The notes under the pieces are model-generated. The model saw nothing but the letters and a program-made list of their open reading frames with translations, was not told the origin of the DNA and ran no database searches. The position numbers were made by a program, and so were the translations under genes. Below are positions 8,053 through 19,118 of a stretch of DNA of 64,000 bases, in pieces. Numbering within the stretch: the first letter of the stretch is position 1; every line of letters starts with the position of its first letter. Source of the DNA: an uncultured Gammaproteobacteria bacterium (lineage in GTDB: Bacteria; Pseudomonadota; Gammaproteobacteria; UBA9214); the NCBI GenBank assembly GCA_963753755.1, contig CAVWDM010000023.1, positions 8,190 to 72,189 on the forward strand, read 5' to 3'.

Positions 8053-8127
8053 CTAGTTTCCGCTGGCTAGAACGGCAGCAATAACTATGCTGGCAACGAT
8101 AATAAGAATCAGGACGCTGGTGCTCAT
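8053..8127 (-). CDS. Putative 24-aa hydrophobic peptide
   Basis: MSTSVLILIIVASIVIAAVLASGN*. Confidence 0.3.
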   Translation of the reverse strand: MSTSVLILIIVASIVIAAVLASGN

Positions 8128-8373
8128 GTCGTACCAGTCAGACGCGAATTTTTCATGACTCCCCTTGGTAATTATTTTTCCAGCCTGATAGATTCTTCTT
8201 GCTGGCTGTCTAACATACTTCTTTTGAGCCGATGATCTGTTGATGTGGGTCAACAAAATGGCAATCAGGGTTTGTTAAATCCAATCTGAAATGCCTGCCG
8301 CACCCTGCAGGCAACATTAGCCAGCCTGTCCCGATCGTTTCCATGCCGAGGGTGTGAGTATGTATGGCGAAGG

Positions 8374-8835
8374 TCAGGTGCGTTTGCGTGTGGGTACAAC
8401 AAGAACAGGACGTTCGGAGCCATGGATGATTCCCTCGCTAGTGCTACCAACAACCAGATGGTACATCGCGCCGCGTCCATGAGAACCTACAACAATCATA
8501 TCTACATCAAGTTCCGAGGCTTCCTTCAAAATCACTTCTACCGTTGCGCCTTGCACGAGAAGAGCCGTTGTATCCAGGTCTGACTTGCGCAATCGATCAG
8601 CAATCGTTTGAATCTGGTTGTGCTCATTGTGGAATTGTCTGGCAAGTGTGTCCCGCACCGGTTCAGGGTCCGCATTTAACCCAACTTGTGGATTATCAAA
8701 TCCTACGAAGTCTGGATCAGGCTCTGCGACATGCAGCAGCCAAACTTGTGCTTGAAGTGCTTTGGCAATATCTTCAACCTTTTTCACAATCATTTCTGTG
8801 GATTCAGAAAGGTCAATGCCCACGAGAATCTTCAT
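8374..8835 (-). CDS. Universal stress protein (UspA family)
   Basis: KILVGID, LLHV, DMIVVGSHGRG...GSTSE...PVLVVP. Confidence 0.93.
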   Translation of the reverse strand: MKILVGIDLSESTEMIVKKVEDIAKALQAQVWLLHVAEPDPDFVGFDNPQVGLNADPEPVRDTLARQFHNEHNQIQTIADRLRKSDLDTTALLVQGATVEVILKEASELDVDMIVVGSHGRGAMYHLVVGSTSEGIIHGSERPVLVVPTRKRT

Positions 8836-9340
8836 GTCTGCTCTCCAGTCGTAGTGTGCCCAGTTACCTGACGGTTTATCTCAATTCATATCATAGTCTT
8901 CAACCAGTTCATGAGTCGCGAAATCAGCCATGGCTATTGTGTCATTGGTCCGTCATAACCGGAGACGGCGCAGTACTAAGGACTGAACGGCAGTCGGGGT
9001 AATGGGGTTGATAGTCTGTATAATTTGTGGCGCACCAGCAGGCAGGTAATGAGCGAAGACAACTGCAATCCAGGACGGCGAAGAGAGTATAACTTATTGT
9101 ATTTCTTTATTTATCTTTGTGTGCCGATGCGGGTTATCTGTTTGTACGGGTTGGCGACGAAGATGTCACATGGCTCGCGATGACTCCAGCTATATCAGGG
9201 TTCCTGGTTTCGGGAAGTCCTTTAAATAATCATGGCAACATGAAACGTTATCGGCTACAGCCATAGCGGCTGATTGCTACTCAATATTCCTCGACCTGCA
9301 AGGATTTGCTCTCTTGAGTCGGTTTTTCCGCTATGGAACA

Positions 9341-9370
9341 AAAAGAACCCCGCAATTGCGGGGTTCTTTT
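9341..9370. terminator. Bidirectional terminator (perfect 30-bp palindrome)
   Basis: AAAAGAACCCCGCAATTGCGGGGTTCTTTT downstream of the cold-shock gene. Confidence 0.85.
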
Positions 9371-9391
9371 GTGACAGGTTGTAACTGAACG

Positions 9392-9595
9392 TCAGGCAGC
9401 GGTTACGTTTGTAGCCTGAAGGCCTTTAGGGCCTTGCTCGACATCAAATGATACGCTTTGTCCTTCAGCCAGTGTCTTGAAACCGTCTCCGCCAATCGCA
9501 GAAAAATGTACGAATACATCTTCTCCGCCATCATTAGGGGCGATAAAACCAAAACCCTTGGAATCGTTGAACCATTTAACAGTGCCTGTAGCCAT
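9392..9595 (-). CDS. Cold-shock protein (CspA family)
   Basis: [22 protein letters not shown]. Confidence 0.97.
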   Translation of the reverse strand: MATGTVKWFNDSKGFGFIAPNDGGEDVFVHFSAIGGDGFKTLAEGQSVSFDVEQGPKGLQATNVTAA

Positions 9596-9841
9596 GTTGT
9601 GTATATACCTCTAGTAAAAAATGAACGTGAATTCAATCGCAGATCGTTAAAGGTGATGTACAGGAGGTGCAACGAGGAACATCCAATATAACCTATTTAA
9701 TACGTGCAACTGAGATTTCTCTTCTTGCTAATGCGCATGAGAACACACTCCCCAAGCCCCTAGCTATTCAAATACTACACCAAGCGAAATGAAAATGCCT
9801 TATTTTTCAACAGAAGGCATGGAAATCTGTGGGTATGGCTG

Positions 9842-10027
9842 TTACCCGGATTTGGGCGGTAGTGCGGGCATCTCTGATAACAGCAGCTGGCGCTCTTCCA
9901 GAGTCAGGTTTTCCATGCGCCGATCACGAATTTTGCGTCTTTCGACAGCGGTCGCTTGCTGCGGCCTGTCGCTGATGGGGTTCGGCTTTGGTGGGTGCGG
10001 CTGACGCCTGTCGTTTGGGTTCCTCAT
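9842..10027 (-). CDS. Small hypothetical protein with ERR/DRR motifs
   Basis: RBS GGAG before ATG; NDRR...ERRKIRDRR. Confidence 0.5.
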   Translation of the reverse strand: MRNPNDRRQPHPPKPNPISDRPQQATAVERRKIRDRRMENLTLEERQLLLSEMPALPPKSG

Positions 10028-10296
10028 GGATACACTCCAGGATGTTGCATGGTCATCATGCTTGTGTAGACAGGTTAGCGGCTAGCGGAAACCGGGCTTA
10101 AGAAAAATTATTATTTAAAAATCAAGTAGCTGGTCGCTAGTCGCAAAACAGGACTGGTCCGGCTGTCAGGAGGGATATTCATCGCTCGAGTGCTGTGTCC
10201 GTGATGCTTTTCACATAATTGTCTTGGCACACTGGAAATATGTCGTCGAATGCCGATATGAGCAGCAGTCAAACAGCCGGTTTTCGAGGTCACTAT

Positions 10297-10497
10297 ATGC
10301 TCAAGTCTTACTGTTTACGTGCTGTTAACTCAATTGAATTTATTGGTATTGTGGTGTTGATTGCTGTTGTCCTGACCTCGGGGCTGTTTTCGGTAAAGGC
10401 TGAACGTGATCCGTCTGTAAAACAACAGAGCCTGGTGTACTCACACCTGCTGTCAACACAGAAACCGGCACTGCCACCCTCACGCGTTGCAAAATAA
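10297..10497 (+). CDS. Small hypothetical membrane/secreted protein
   Basis: GAGGT RBS; hydrophobic FIGIVVLIAVVLTSGLF segment. Confidence 0.45.
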   Translation: MLKSYCLRAVNSIEFIGIVVLIAVVLTSGLFSVKAERDPSVKQQSLVYSHLLSTQKPALPPSRVAK

Positions 10498-10514
10498 CTG
10501 CCTGCTGGCGACGG

Positions 10515-11744
<1,230 letters not shown>

Positions 11745-11945
11745 GTTTGGGTCCAGGGTCAGTAGAAGTTCCGGTTTGCCATGACGGCGGTACGCACCTT
11801 GGTCGCTGGCTGCCGTTTTCAGCCGCTTATGATAATGGAATTTACCAAATCGCACAGTAAAACCCTGTATTCAGTACATGGCAATCGTCGAAATATTCCA
11901 TATCTATGCATCCGTCGAATAAAAACACTTGCATTTGTATGTTTA

Positions 11946-11980
11946 CTGTATAGAATCACAGTAACTGTATGGATAACCAG
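11946..11980 (+). promoter_or_regulatory. Two tandem LexA (SOS) boxes overlapping the lexA promoter
   Basis: CTGTATAGAATCACAG 11946-11961 and CTGTATGGATAACCAG 11965-11980; TTGCAT 11929 / TAGAAT 11951. Confidence 0.9.
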
Positions 11981-11989
11981 TATATGATT

Positions 11990-12601
11990 ATGACCCATGA
12001 TACGTTGACTGCACGGCAGGCCGAGATTCTCGAGCTGATTCGAAGTTACATAGCCGAGGAGGGCTGCCCGCCGACACGCGCGGAGATTGCCGAGGCGCTC
12101 GGCTTCCGTTCCGCGAACGCCGCGGAGGACCACTTGCGAGCGCTGGAACGCAAGGGCGCCATCGAGATGATCCCCGGATCTTCGCGCGGTATACGCCTGC
12201 TCGATGAAATCGAGGATTACGGCCTGCCGGTGGTCGGTCGTGTTGCGGCGGGTGAACCGATACTGGCAGAGCAGAATATCGAGGACTATTGCCAGATTGA
12301 TGCCGATACCTTTCATCCGCGTGCCGATTATCTGCTACGTGTCAAGGGTGACAGCATGCGGGATATCGGCATTCAAGATGGCGACCTGCTGGCGGTCCAT
12401 CACACGCCGCACGTTGAAAATGGCCAGGTGGTCGTGGCACGACTGGATGACGAGGTGACGGTCAAACGTTTCCGGCAGCGTGGTTCCATCGTCAGGCTGA
12501 TGCCGGAGAATCCGGCTTATGAACCGATTCGTGTCGACCTGCGTGAACAGGCGCTGGAAATCGAAGGGCTGGCCGTGGGCATCTTGCGCAAGGAGATTTA
12601 G
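11990..12601 (+). CDS. lexA: SOS repressor LexA
   Basis: [19 protein letters not shown] cleavage site, GDSM, TVKR; start ATG 11984 or 11990. Confidence 0.97.
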   Translation: MTHDTLTARQAEILELIRSYIAEEGCPPTRAEIAEALGFRSANAAEDHLRALERKGAIEMIPGSSRGIRLLDEIEDYGLPVVGRVAAGEPILAEQNIEDYCQIDADTFHPRADYLLRVKGDSMRDIGIQDGDLLAVHHTPHVENGQVVVARLDDEVTVKRFRQRGSIVRLMPENPAYEPIRVDLREQALEIEGLAVGILRKEI

Positions 12602-12624
12602 TTCACCTTGAAGGAGTATTTGTT

Positions 12625-13224
12625 ATGAAAACAGTCAATAAGCTGCACCATATTAATGCCTGGGAACAGTCCTCGCTGTCAGGTTCCTCACTAGTGACAA
12701 CGACCGGTATCGCGGTGCTTGATGACATGCTGCCGGGTGGGGGCTGGCCAAAGAGTGGACTGGTCGAGATTATCCTCCCGGACGCGTACTGCGACGCCCT
12801 GTCATTGCTGATGCCGGCACTGATACGACTCAGTCAGCAGGGGCGCTGGATTGCCATGGTGAATCCAACCTACCCGGCGCGTGCCGGGTTGTTTACAGAA
12901 GTTGCTATCAACCACGACCGAATCTTGCAGGTTAACCCGCATCCAGGGCGTAGTGCGCTGTGGACGGCCGAGTCGATGCTGTACTCAGGTGACTGCTGCG
13001 TTGTCATGGCCTGGCCCAACTGCAGGACCGAATTGCTGGGTAAGCGCCTGCAGAAATCCGCCGCTCATGGCAAGGCACTCGGCATCCTGTTCAGTTATGA
13101 AGGCCTGGAAAAGCAGCCCTCGGGCGTGGAGACGCGAGTCAAGCTGGGCGTCGACAGGGAGGGCAGTGCGGTGTACCTGCTGAATAGCCGAGGTGAAACA
13201 TTGTCGGGGGCGGCTTTGAAATAG
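12625..13224 (+). CDS. ImuA/SulA-like RecA-fold protein
   Basis: TGIAVLDDMLPGGGWP, LSLLMPAL, ALWTAE, VMAWP, RLQ; directly after lexA. Confidence 0.8.
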   Translation: MKTVNKLHHINAWEQSSLSGSSLVTTTGIAVLDDMLPGGGWPKSGLVEIILPDAYCDALSLLMPALIRLSQQGRWIAMVNPTYPARAGLFTEVAINHDRILQVNPHPGRSALWTAESMLYSGDCCVVMAWPNCRTELLGKRLQKSAAHGKALGILFSYEGLEKQPSGVETRVKLGVDREGSAVYLLNSRGETLSGAALK

Positions 13225-13233
13225 AAGGGGGGC

Positions 13234-13953
13234 TTAATCAGACAGATAGTATTCAACCGTTGAAACGACTCTCACCCGTTTGATGTGCGGGGTGTTGTTG
13301 TCCCTTGCACTGATACTGAACTGCCCCTGCGATGCTTTCTTGATCTTCCCCAGCTTGCTTTGTGAATCTTCCGAGAACTTCAGGGCAACCTCACGGGCTT
13401 TCGTTGTCGCCTCTTCTATCATGGCGGGCTTGACTTCATTCAGACGGGTGAAGATATATTCTGTCTGTGATTGATAATTGCCACCGGTAAACACTATGCC
13501 CTGTTTTCCGAGTTGTGCGAGTTCACCCATCAGGGTGCGCACGGCATCGATATGTGGTGAATAGACCGTGACCGTCTGTATTGCAGAGTACCTGAACTCG
13601 GCAGGAGCAGCGTTGCTGTAGCTTTGTGCCGACTTGTCTGTAATTGCCGGTGCTGACAGAGAAATTTCGGCAGGATCCAGTCCCCTGGTAGTCAGGAAAT
13701 CCCTGATCCTGGCCGTGTTCTGTTCAATTGAATCATACAGGCTGCCGAGGTCGTTACTGGTTGCGGTGAACTGGATCGGCCAGATCACGATGTCGGCCGG
13801 ATACTCGCGCTCAGCGAGCCCCTTTACGGTGACGCTGCGTTCGTACTCCTTGAATGCACTGGCGGCGTTCCCGAGCAGATAACCCAGCGCAGCTAGGCCC
13901 AGAAATATGCAGATGCCCAGTATAGCGGCAGTCAATCGATTGCTGTTATCCAT
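13234..13953 (-). CDS. SIMPL (DUF541) domain protein
   Basis: RSVTVKGLAERE.PAD, KPAMIEEAT..ARE.A..F, KRVRVVSTVEY. Confidence 0.88.
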   Translation of the reverse strand: MDNSNRLTAAILGICIFLGLAALGYLLGNAASAFKEYERSVTVKGLAEREYPADIVIWPIQFTATSNDLGSLYDSIEQNTARIRDFLTTRGLDPAEISLSAPAITDKSAQSYSNAAPAEFRYSAIQTVTVYSPHIDAVRTLMGELAQLGKQGIVFTGGNYQSQTEYIFTRLNEVKPAMIEEATTKAREVALKFSEDSQSKLGKIKKASQGQFSISARDNNTPHIKRVRVVSTVEYYLSD

Positions 13954-13969
13954 GGTTGCTCCTTGCGGG

Positions 13970-14833
13970 CTAGCTTGCCTCGCCCCTGCGTATCGCGCTT
14001 TTATAATCCTGGTAGAGGTTGATCATGCGCCTCCACATTGGTCCCGGGACACCGCTGCTGATGACATTGTCATCCAGGCGGATAACGGGTGAGATCTCCC
14101 GGGTTGAGCTTGTCAACCAGATTTCATCGGCGCTGAAGAGTTCCTGCTGCGTGATATCAGCTTCGCGAAACGGGATGGCGTGGTTTGCGGCCAGTTCGAT
14201 GATGAGGTCACGGGTAATACCGGGCAACAGGTCAGGGCCATTGCCTGGTGTGATCAACAGACCGTTGTTGACGATGAAGAGATTACTGGCCGCGCCCTCG
14301 ATGGCGAGTCCATCGTTTATCAGGATCGCTTCAGCACCGTCGCTGTCCAGCGCCTGTTGTCGCAGCAGTACATTGGGCAGCAGCGTGATGGCCTTGAGGT
14401 TGCAAAGTTTCCAGCGTATATCCGGCAGGGTGATGGCCGCGATACCTGTGACACTGTCAATATCAACCGCTTCGGGCATCGCTGTGCTCATGGCAAACAG
14501 TGTTGGCGAACAGTTCTTCGGGAAGGCATGATCGCGCCTCGGTGCAACACCCCGTGTCACCTGCAGGTAGACCGCCTGGTCAAGACCTTCATTGCGGGAC
14601 ACCAGCTCGGTCAGCATGGTTTCCCATGCCACGTCGGATAACGGGTTCGCAATGCGTACACCATCGAGACTGTGTCGCAGGCGTTTGAGATGATGCGTCA
14701 GCCGGAACAGTCTGCCACCGTAAACCGGTATTACCTCGTAGACACCGTCTCCAAACAGAAATCCCCGGTCCATGACCGATACCTGCGTTTCCGACAGTGG
14801 CCGGAATTCCCCATTCAGATAGGCTGTAGACAT
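13970..14833 (-). CDS. dat: D-amino acid aminotransferase (class IV)
   Basis: DRGFLFGDGVYEV, YLQVTRG, LPGITR; typical position after dacA. Confidence 0.88.
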   Translation of the reverse strand: MSTAYLNGEFRPLSETQVSVMDRGFLFGDGVYEVIPVYGGRLFRLTHHLKRLRHSLDGVRIANPLSDVAWETMLTELVSRNEGLDQAVYLQVTRGVAPRRDHAFPKNCSPTLFAMSTAMPEAVDIDSVTGIAAITLPDIRWKLCNLKAITLLPNVLLRQQALDSDGAEAILINDGLAIEGAASNLFIVNNGLLITPGNGPDLLPGITRDLIIELAANHAIPFREADITQQELFSADEIWLTSSTREISPVIRLDDNVISSGVPGPMWRRMINLYQDYKSAIRRGEAS

Positions 14834-14848
14834 GAGTGGCTGCCGGGT

Positions 14849-15991
14849 TTATTCGAAATACAGCAGGCCTTCATCCGTGATACGCTGCCAGAATGAACCT
14901 TCACCGATCGATTGCAAGCTCACCAGTGGCTGATTGGCAACGACCTGTTCTCCCAGTGTCACTTGTACCGTTCCCAGTGCCTGACCTGCGGTGACCGGTG
15001 CCATGATGCGCTGATCAATATTCATGGACGCATTCAGTGATTCGTACTGTCCCCTGGGAATCGTGACATACAATGCATTGTCGATACCCAGTGGAATGGT
15101 ATCACTGCTGCCTTTCCAGATGCGTGATGTCGTCAGCTGGGTACCTGCGTCGTAGAGCTTGTGGGTTTCAAAGAAGCGGAACCCATAGTTCAGCAGAGCC
15201 TGGCTGGCATCAGCACGTGCGCTGGTGCTGCTGGTGCCGAGGACCACGGTAATCAGGCGCATGCCGTCTTGTTTTGCGGAGGTCACCAGGCAATAGCCCG
15301 CCGATTCTGTGTAGCCTGTTTTCAGGCCATCGACGCTGTCATCGCGCCATAGCAGTTTGTTGCGGTTCTGCTGGGTAATATCGTTATAGGTGTATTCCTT
15401 TTGCGAGTACCACTTGTAGTACTCCGGAAACTGCCTGATTAACAATGAGGCGAGTGTGGCGATATCCTTTGCCGTCATGTAATGGTTTTCGTCCGGCAGG
15501 CCCGTTGAGTTCGTGAAGTGGCTGCCAGAGAGGCCGATGGCCTCTGCATGTTTGTTCATCAGTGCGGCAAAGGAATCTTCACTACCTGCGACATATTCGG
15601 CCAGCGCCACTGTGGCATCATTGCCAGATTGCACGATCATGCCCTGCAGCAGGGCTTCAACCGGAACCTGTTTACCGACTTCAACGAACATGCGTGAGCC
15701 GGGCGTACGCCACGCCTTTTCGCTGATGGTGACGATGTCGCTGAGAGTGATGTTATTGGACTGCAGTTCATTGAAGACCACGTAGGCGGTCATCAACTTG
15801 GTGATGCTGGCAGGATCGACCGGGACCTCGGAGTTCTCTTCTGCCAGCACATTGCCACTTCCATGGTCCTGAATGATGAATGACTTGGCGCCTGTCGCCG
15901 GTGGCTTGGGGATTGGCTGGGCTGCTTGCAGGGTGTTGGCGCTGAGCAGATACAAAGAAATAATAACTATATATATTAGCGTCTTATACAT
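14849..15991 (-). CDS. dacA: D-alanyl-D-alanine carboxypeptidase (PBP5/6)
   Basis: PASITK, SGN and KTG motifs. Confidence 0.93.
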   Translation of the reverse strand: MYKTLIYIVIISLYLLSANTLQAAQPIPKPPATGAKSFIIQDHGSGNVLAEENSEVPVDPASITKLMTAYVVFNELQSNNITLSDIVTISEKAWRTPGSRMFVEVGKQVPVEALLQGMIVQSGNDATVALAEYVAGSEDSFAALMNKHAEAIGLSGSHFTNSTGLPDENHYMTAKDIATLASLLIRQFPEYYKWYSQKEYTYNDITQQNRNKLLWRDDSVDGLKTGYTESAGYCLVTSAKQDGMRLITVVLGTSSTSARADASQALLNYGFRFFETHKLYDAGTQLTTSRIWKGSSDTIPLGIDNALYVTIPRGQYESLNASMNIDQRIMAPVTAGQALGTVQVTLGEQVVANQPLVSLQSIGEGSFWQRITDEGLLYFE

Positions 15992-16083
15992 AATTTTCCT
16001 GTAGAAGAAAGATGTTGCAAAGTGCCTGCATTGTCCGCATGTGGTTGTCAATTTGCAATGCCTGACCATGTGCTGCCGTGGGC

Positions 16084-16923
16084 TTACTGGACAATCGAAT
16101 GGCTGTTGTTGATGCCCAGTGTTTTTAGTTCCAGGGTTACCCGGTTGGCTTCCATGTGGCTCGCCAGGGGGCCTACCTGTACCTTGTAAAAGGTGCCGTC
16201 ATTGGTGGCGGTCTCAACGATTCTGACCTCGCCGATATTTTGCGACAGCAGGTCATCCTGCATCCGCTGGGCATTGCCATGACTCGAAAATGCACCGACC
16301 TGCAGGTACAAGTTCTGGCTCTCCTGCGTCGTGGCGGGTGCGGCGCTGGTCTTGACCGGCGCTGCGCCCGTGGCAGTATGCTGCTCCGGGTCTATAGCGC
16401 GAATCTCCACCTGTCCGGTGCCGTATTGCAGGATATCGAGCTTTGCTGCCGCCGTGTAGGACAGGTCAATCAGCCGGTCATCATGAAAGGGGCCGCGGTC
16501 GTTGACCTTGACAATCACCGAACGACCGTTGACCAGGTTTTTGACCTCGACATAGGTGGGTAACGGCAGGGTCTTGTGTGCCGCCGTCATCGCATACAGG
16601 TCATAAGGCTCGCCGCTGGAGGTGCGCTTGCCATGGAACTTGGTGCCATACCAGGAGGCGGTGCCGCGCTCCTGGTAATCCTTGCTCGAGGGCAGGGTGT
16701 AGTAAGTCTTGCCGTACACCTTGTAGGATTCCGGATTGCCATAGCGGCTAAGGGGTTCGTTACGTGGCACGGCATCGGGTACGTCCGACACGTCCCGCGG
16801 GTTAGCGGGTGCATCATCCGATTGCAGGCCGGTCTTCAGTGTGCTGCAGGCCACAAAGCCGCTGCAGATCACCAGTAGCACGGCAGCGAGATGAGTGGTG
16901 CTGGGGATGGCGGGCTTACTCAT
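16084..16923 (-). CDS. rlpA: Endolytic transglycosylase RlpA with SPOR domain
   Basis: ASWYG, TAAHKTLP, VNDRGPF, LQVGAF. Confidence 0.94.
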   Translation of the reverse strand: MSKPAIPSTTHLAAVLLVICSGFVACSTLKTGLQSDDAPANPRDVSDVPDAVPRNEPLSRYGNPESYKVYGKTYYTLPSSKDYQERGTASWYGTKFHGKRTSSGEPYDLYAMTAAHKTLPLPTYVEVKNLVNGRSVIVKVNDRGPFHDDRLIDLSYTAAAKLDILQYGTGQVEIRAIDPEQHTATGAAPVKTSAAPATTQESQNLYLQVGAFSSHGNAQRMQDDLLSQNIGEVRIVETATNDGTFYKVQVGPLASHMEANRVTLELKTLGINNSHSIVQ

Positions 16924-17938
16924 TGAAATGCAGGCTCTGTTGATAGGCTCCACGAATTTCCTCGCTCAATTGGTAGACGGCCATGGCATACAGCGGGCTG
17001 TGGTTATAGCGGGTAATGGTGTAGAAGTTGTCAAAGGCAAGCCAGTATTCCGGCCCATCTTTCTGCTCCAGGCTTAATAGCGCAGCGACCAGCTCATCGG
17101 GCATGGGCTCGACCGGTGTGATGCCATCGTGGCGCATGGCATCGAGCACGGTATTGGGTTTGTAGCCCAGATCCAGAATGGTCTGGTACTGATCGCCCTC
17201 CACCCTGGCGCGAACGGCCACGGGACTACCGGCTTTCCAGCCATGCCGGCTGAAATAATTGGCCACGCTGCCAATGATATCCATCTTGTTATTCCACAGA
17301 TCACGTTTACCATCCTCGTCAAAATCAACGGCATAGTTGCGATAGCTACTGGGAATGAACTGGCCGTAACCCATGGCGCCGGCATAGGAGCCGGTAGTCG
17401 TCACCACCTCAATGTCTTCCTCACGCGCGAGGATCAGGTACTGCTCCAGTTCAGCGGTGAAAAATTCACTGCGTGGCGGATAGTCAAAAGCCAGGGTCGA
17501 GAGTGCATCCAGTACCCGGTGCCGTCCGGTATTGCTGCCGTAACGGGTTTCCACACCAATAATAGCGACGATAATCTGCGGCGCCACGCCGAACGCAGCC
17601 TCGGCCTTGTTGAGGGCATCAGCATTTTCTTTCCAGAACGTGACGCCGCCATCGATGCGAGCGGGCGTCAGGAATATTTTTCTGTACTCATACCATTTCA
17701 GCCGTTTCTCGGCAGGCTTGCGCATGAGTTCCAGGATGTCCTCGCGGCGTTGCGCCTCGTTAAAAACGGCCACGAGTTCTTCCTGCTCGAAACCGTTCTT
17801 GTCGACCATCATGTCGATGAAAGACTGTACCTGCGGCTGATCAGCGTAGCTGTCAGCAAGCACGGTCTGCGGGCCAAGTATCAGCGTGGTCAGCAGAATG
17901 AATGAGGAAATGACTGCTTTTAAAGCTTGTCGCTGCAT
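16916..17938 (-). CDS. mltB: Lytic murein transglycosylase B
   Basis: IIGVETRYG, GSYAGAMG..QFIPSS, ITRYNHS. Confidence 0.95.
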   Translation of the reverse strand: MQRQALKAVISSFILLTTLILGPQTVLADSYADQPQVQSFIDMMVDKNGFEQEELVAVFNEAQRREDILELMRKPAEKRLKWYEYRKIFLTPARIDGGVTFWKENADALNKAEAAFGVAPQIIVAIIGVETRYGSNTGRHRVLDALSTLAFDYPPRSEFFTAELEQYLILAREEDIEVVTTTGSYAGAMGYGQFIPSSYRNYAVDFDEDGKRDLWNNKMDIIGSVANYFSRHGWKAGSPVAVRARVEGDQYQTILDLGYKPNTVLDAMRHDGITPVEPMPDELVAALLSLEQKDGPEYWLAFDNFYTITRYNHSPLYAMAVYQLSEEIRGAYQQSLHFNE

Positions 17939-17993
17939 TAACGGGTACCCTGTTGAGAGTCACATCGCGTGCATTCTAACACCGAATTATTGC

Positions 17994-19118
17994 TCAGGCA
18001 GGGAGTAATTTCCGGTGTGTCTGTATCGACATGAGGATACCAAAACCGGCCATCAGGGTAACAATGGAGGTGCCACCGTAACTGATCATGGGTAACGGCA
18101 GGCCCACCACAGGCAGCATCCCGGTGACCATGCCGGTGTTGACTATAAAATATACGCAGAATGTCATCGAGATGCTGCCGGCCAGCAGCCGCGTGTAGGT
18201 ATCCTGTGCCTGGATGGTAATCATGATGCCGCGCACGACGATAGCGGTATACAGTGCAAACAGCGTCAGGATACCCAGGAAGCCGAATTCTTCGCCGAGT
18301 ACGGCAAAGATAAAATCCGTCGATCGTTCCGGAAGAAAATCCAGTTGCGACTGTGTGCCGTTCATCCAGCCTTTACCCAGCAGACCACCCGAGCCGATCG
18401 CGATCTTCGACTGGATGATGTGATAGCCGGAGCCCAGCGGGTCGCTTTCCGGGCTTAGAAAGGTAATTACGCGCTGGCGCTGGTAGTCATGCATGAAGTG
18501 CCAGAGCAACGGCGCTGCCGCCGCAAGCAATACGGAAAAGAATGCCAGCAGTCGCCATTGCAGGCCGGCAAGGAACAGCACAAAGAAGCCGGAACTGGCG
18601 ATCAGCAGTGCGGTACCGAGGTCCGGTTGTTTGGCGATCATCAGCATCGGCACAGCGATAAGCGTGGCGGATGCCAGTAATTGCTTGGAGTTCGGGGGCA
18701 GGCGGGTATCCGCAAGATACCAGGCTACCATCATCGGTACGGCGAGTTTCATCATTTCCGATGGCTGGAAACGCACGAAGTACAGATTCAGCCAGCGTTG
18801 TGCCCCACCACTGGCCTCACCGCCAATGAGTACTGCAAGCAGAAACAGTACGCCGAGCACGAACAGCCATGGCGTCAGGCGTTGCAGCATCCCGGGTGAT
18901 AATTGTGCAACGACCAGCATGCCGGTAAAGGCAATTCCCAAGCGTATCAGCTGACGTTCGACCAGTGCCATATCACCACCACCGGCACTGTAAAGCACGA
19001 TCAGTCCAAGCGCGGAGACGGTAATCAGCGCAAACAGCAGCGGTGCATCGAGATGTAACCGGTATTGCCAGCCGCTGAGGCTGGCATCCTCACGGTGTGG
19101 TGTCAGCGCACTGCTCAT
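17994..19118 (-). CDS. rodA: Rod shape-determining protein RodA
   Basis: GAQRW, QPSE, QPDLGT, GYHIIQSKIAIGSGG, ISYGG. Confidence 0.96.
   Translation of the reverse strand: MSSALTPHREDASLSGWQYRLHLDAPLLFALITVSALGLIVLYSAGGGDMALVERQLIRLGIAFTGMLVVAQLSPGMLQRLTPWLFVLGVLFLLAVLIGGEASGGAQRWLNLYFVRFQPSEMMKLAVPMMVAWYLADTRLPPNSKQLLASATLIAVPMLMIAKQPDLGTALLIASSGFFVLFLAGLQWRLLAFFSVLLAAAAPLLWHFMHDYQRQRVITFLSPESDPLGSGYHIIQSKIAIGSGGLLGKGWMNGTQSQLDFLPERSTDFIFAVLGEEFGFLGILTLFALYTAIVVRGIMITIQAQDTYTRLLAGSISMTFCVYFIVNTGMVTGMLPVVGLPLPMISYGGTSIVTLMAGFGILMSIQTHRKLLPA

Noticed and set aside
11865-11880. Third LexA box near ispG (CTGTATTCAGTACATG)
   Set aside because: The right half lacks the CAG consensus; too weak to call.
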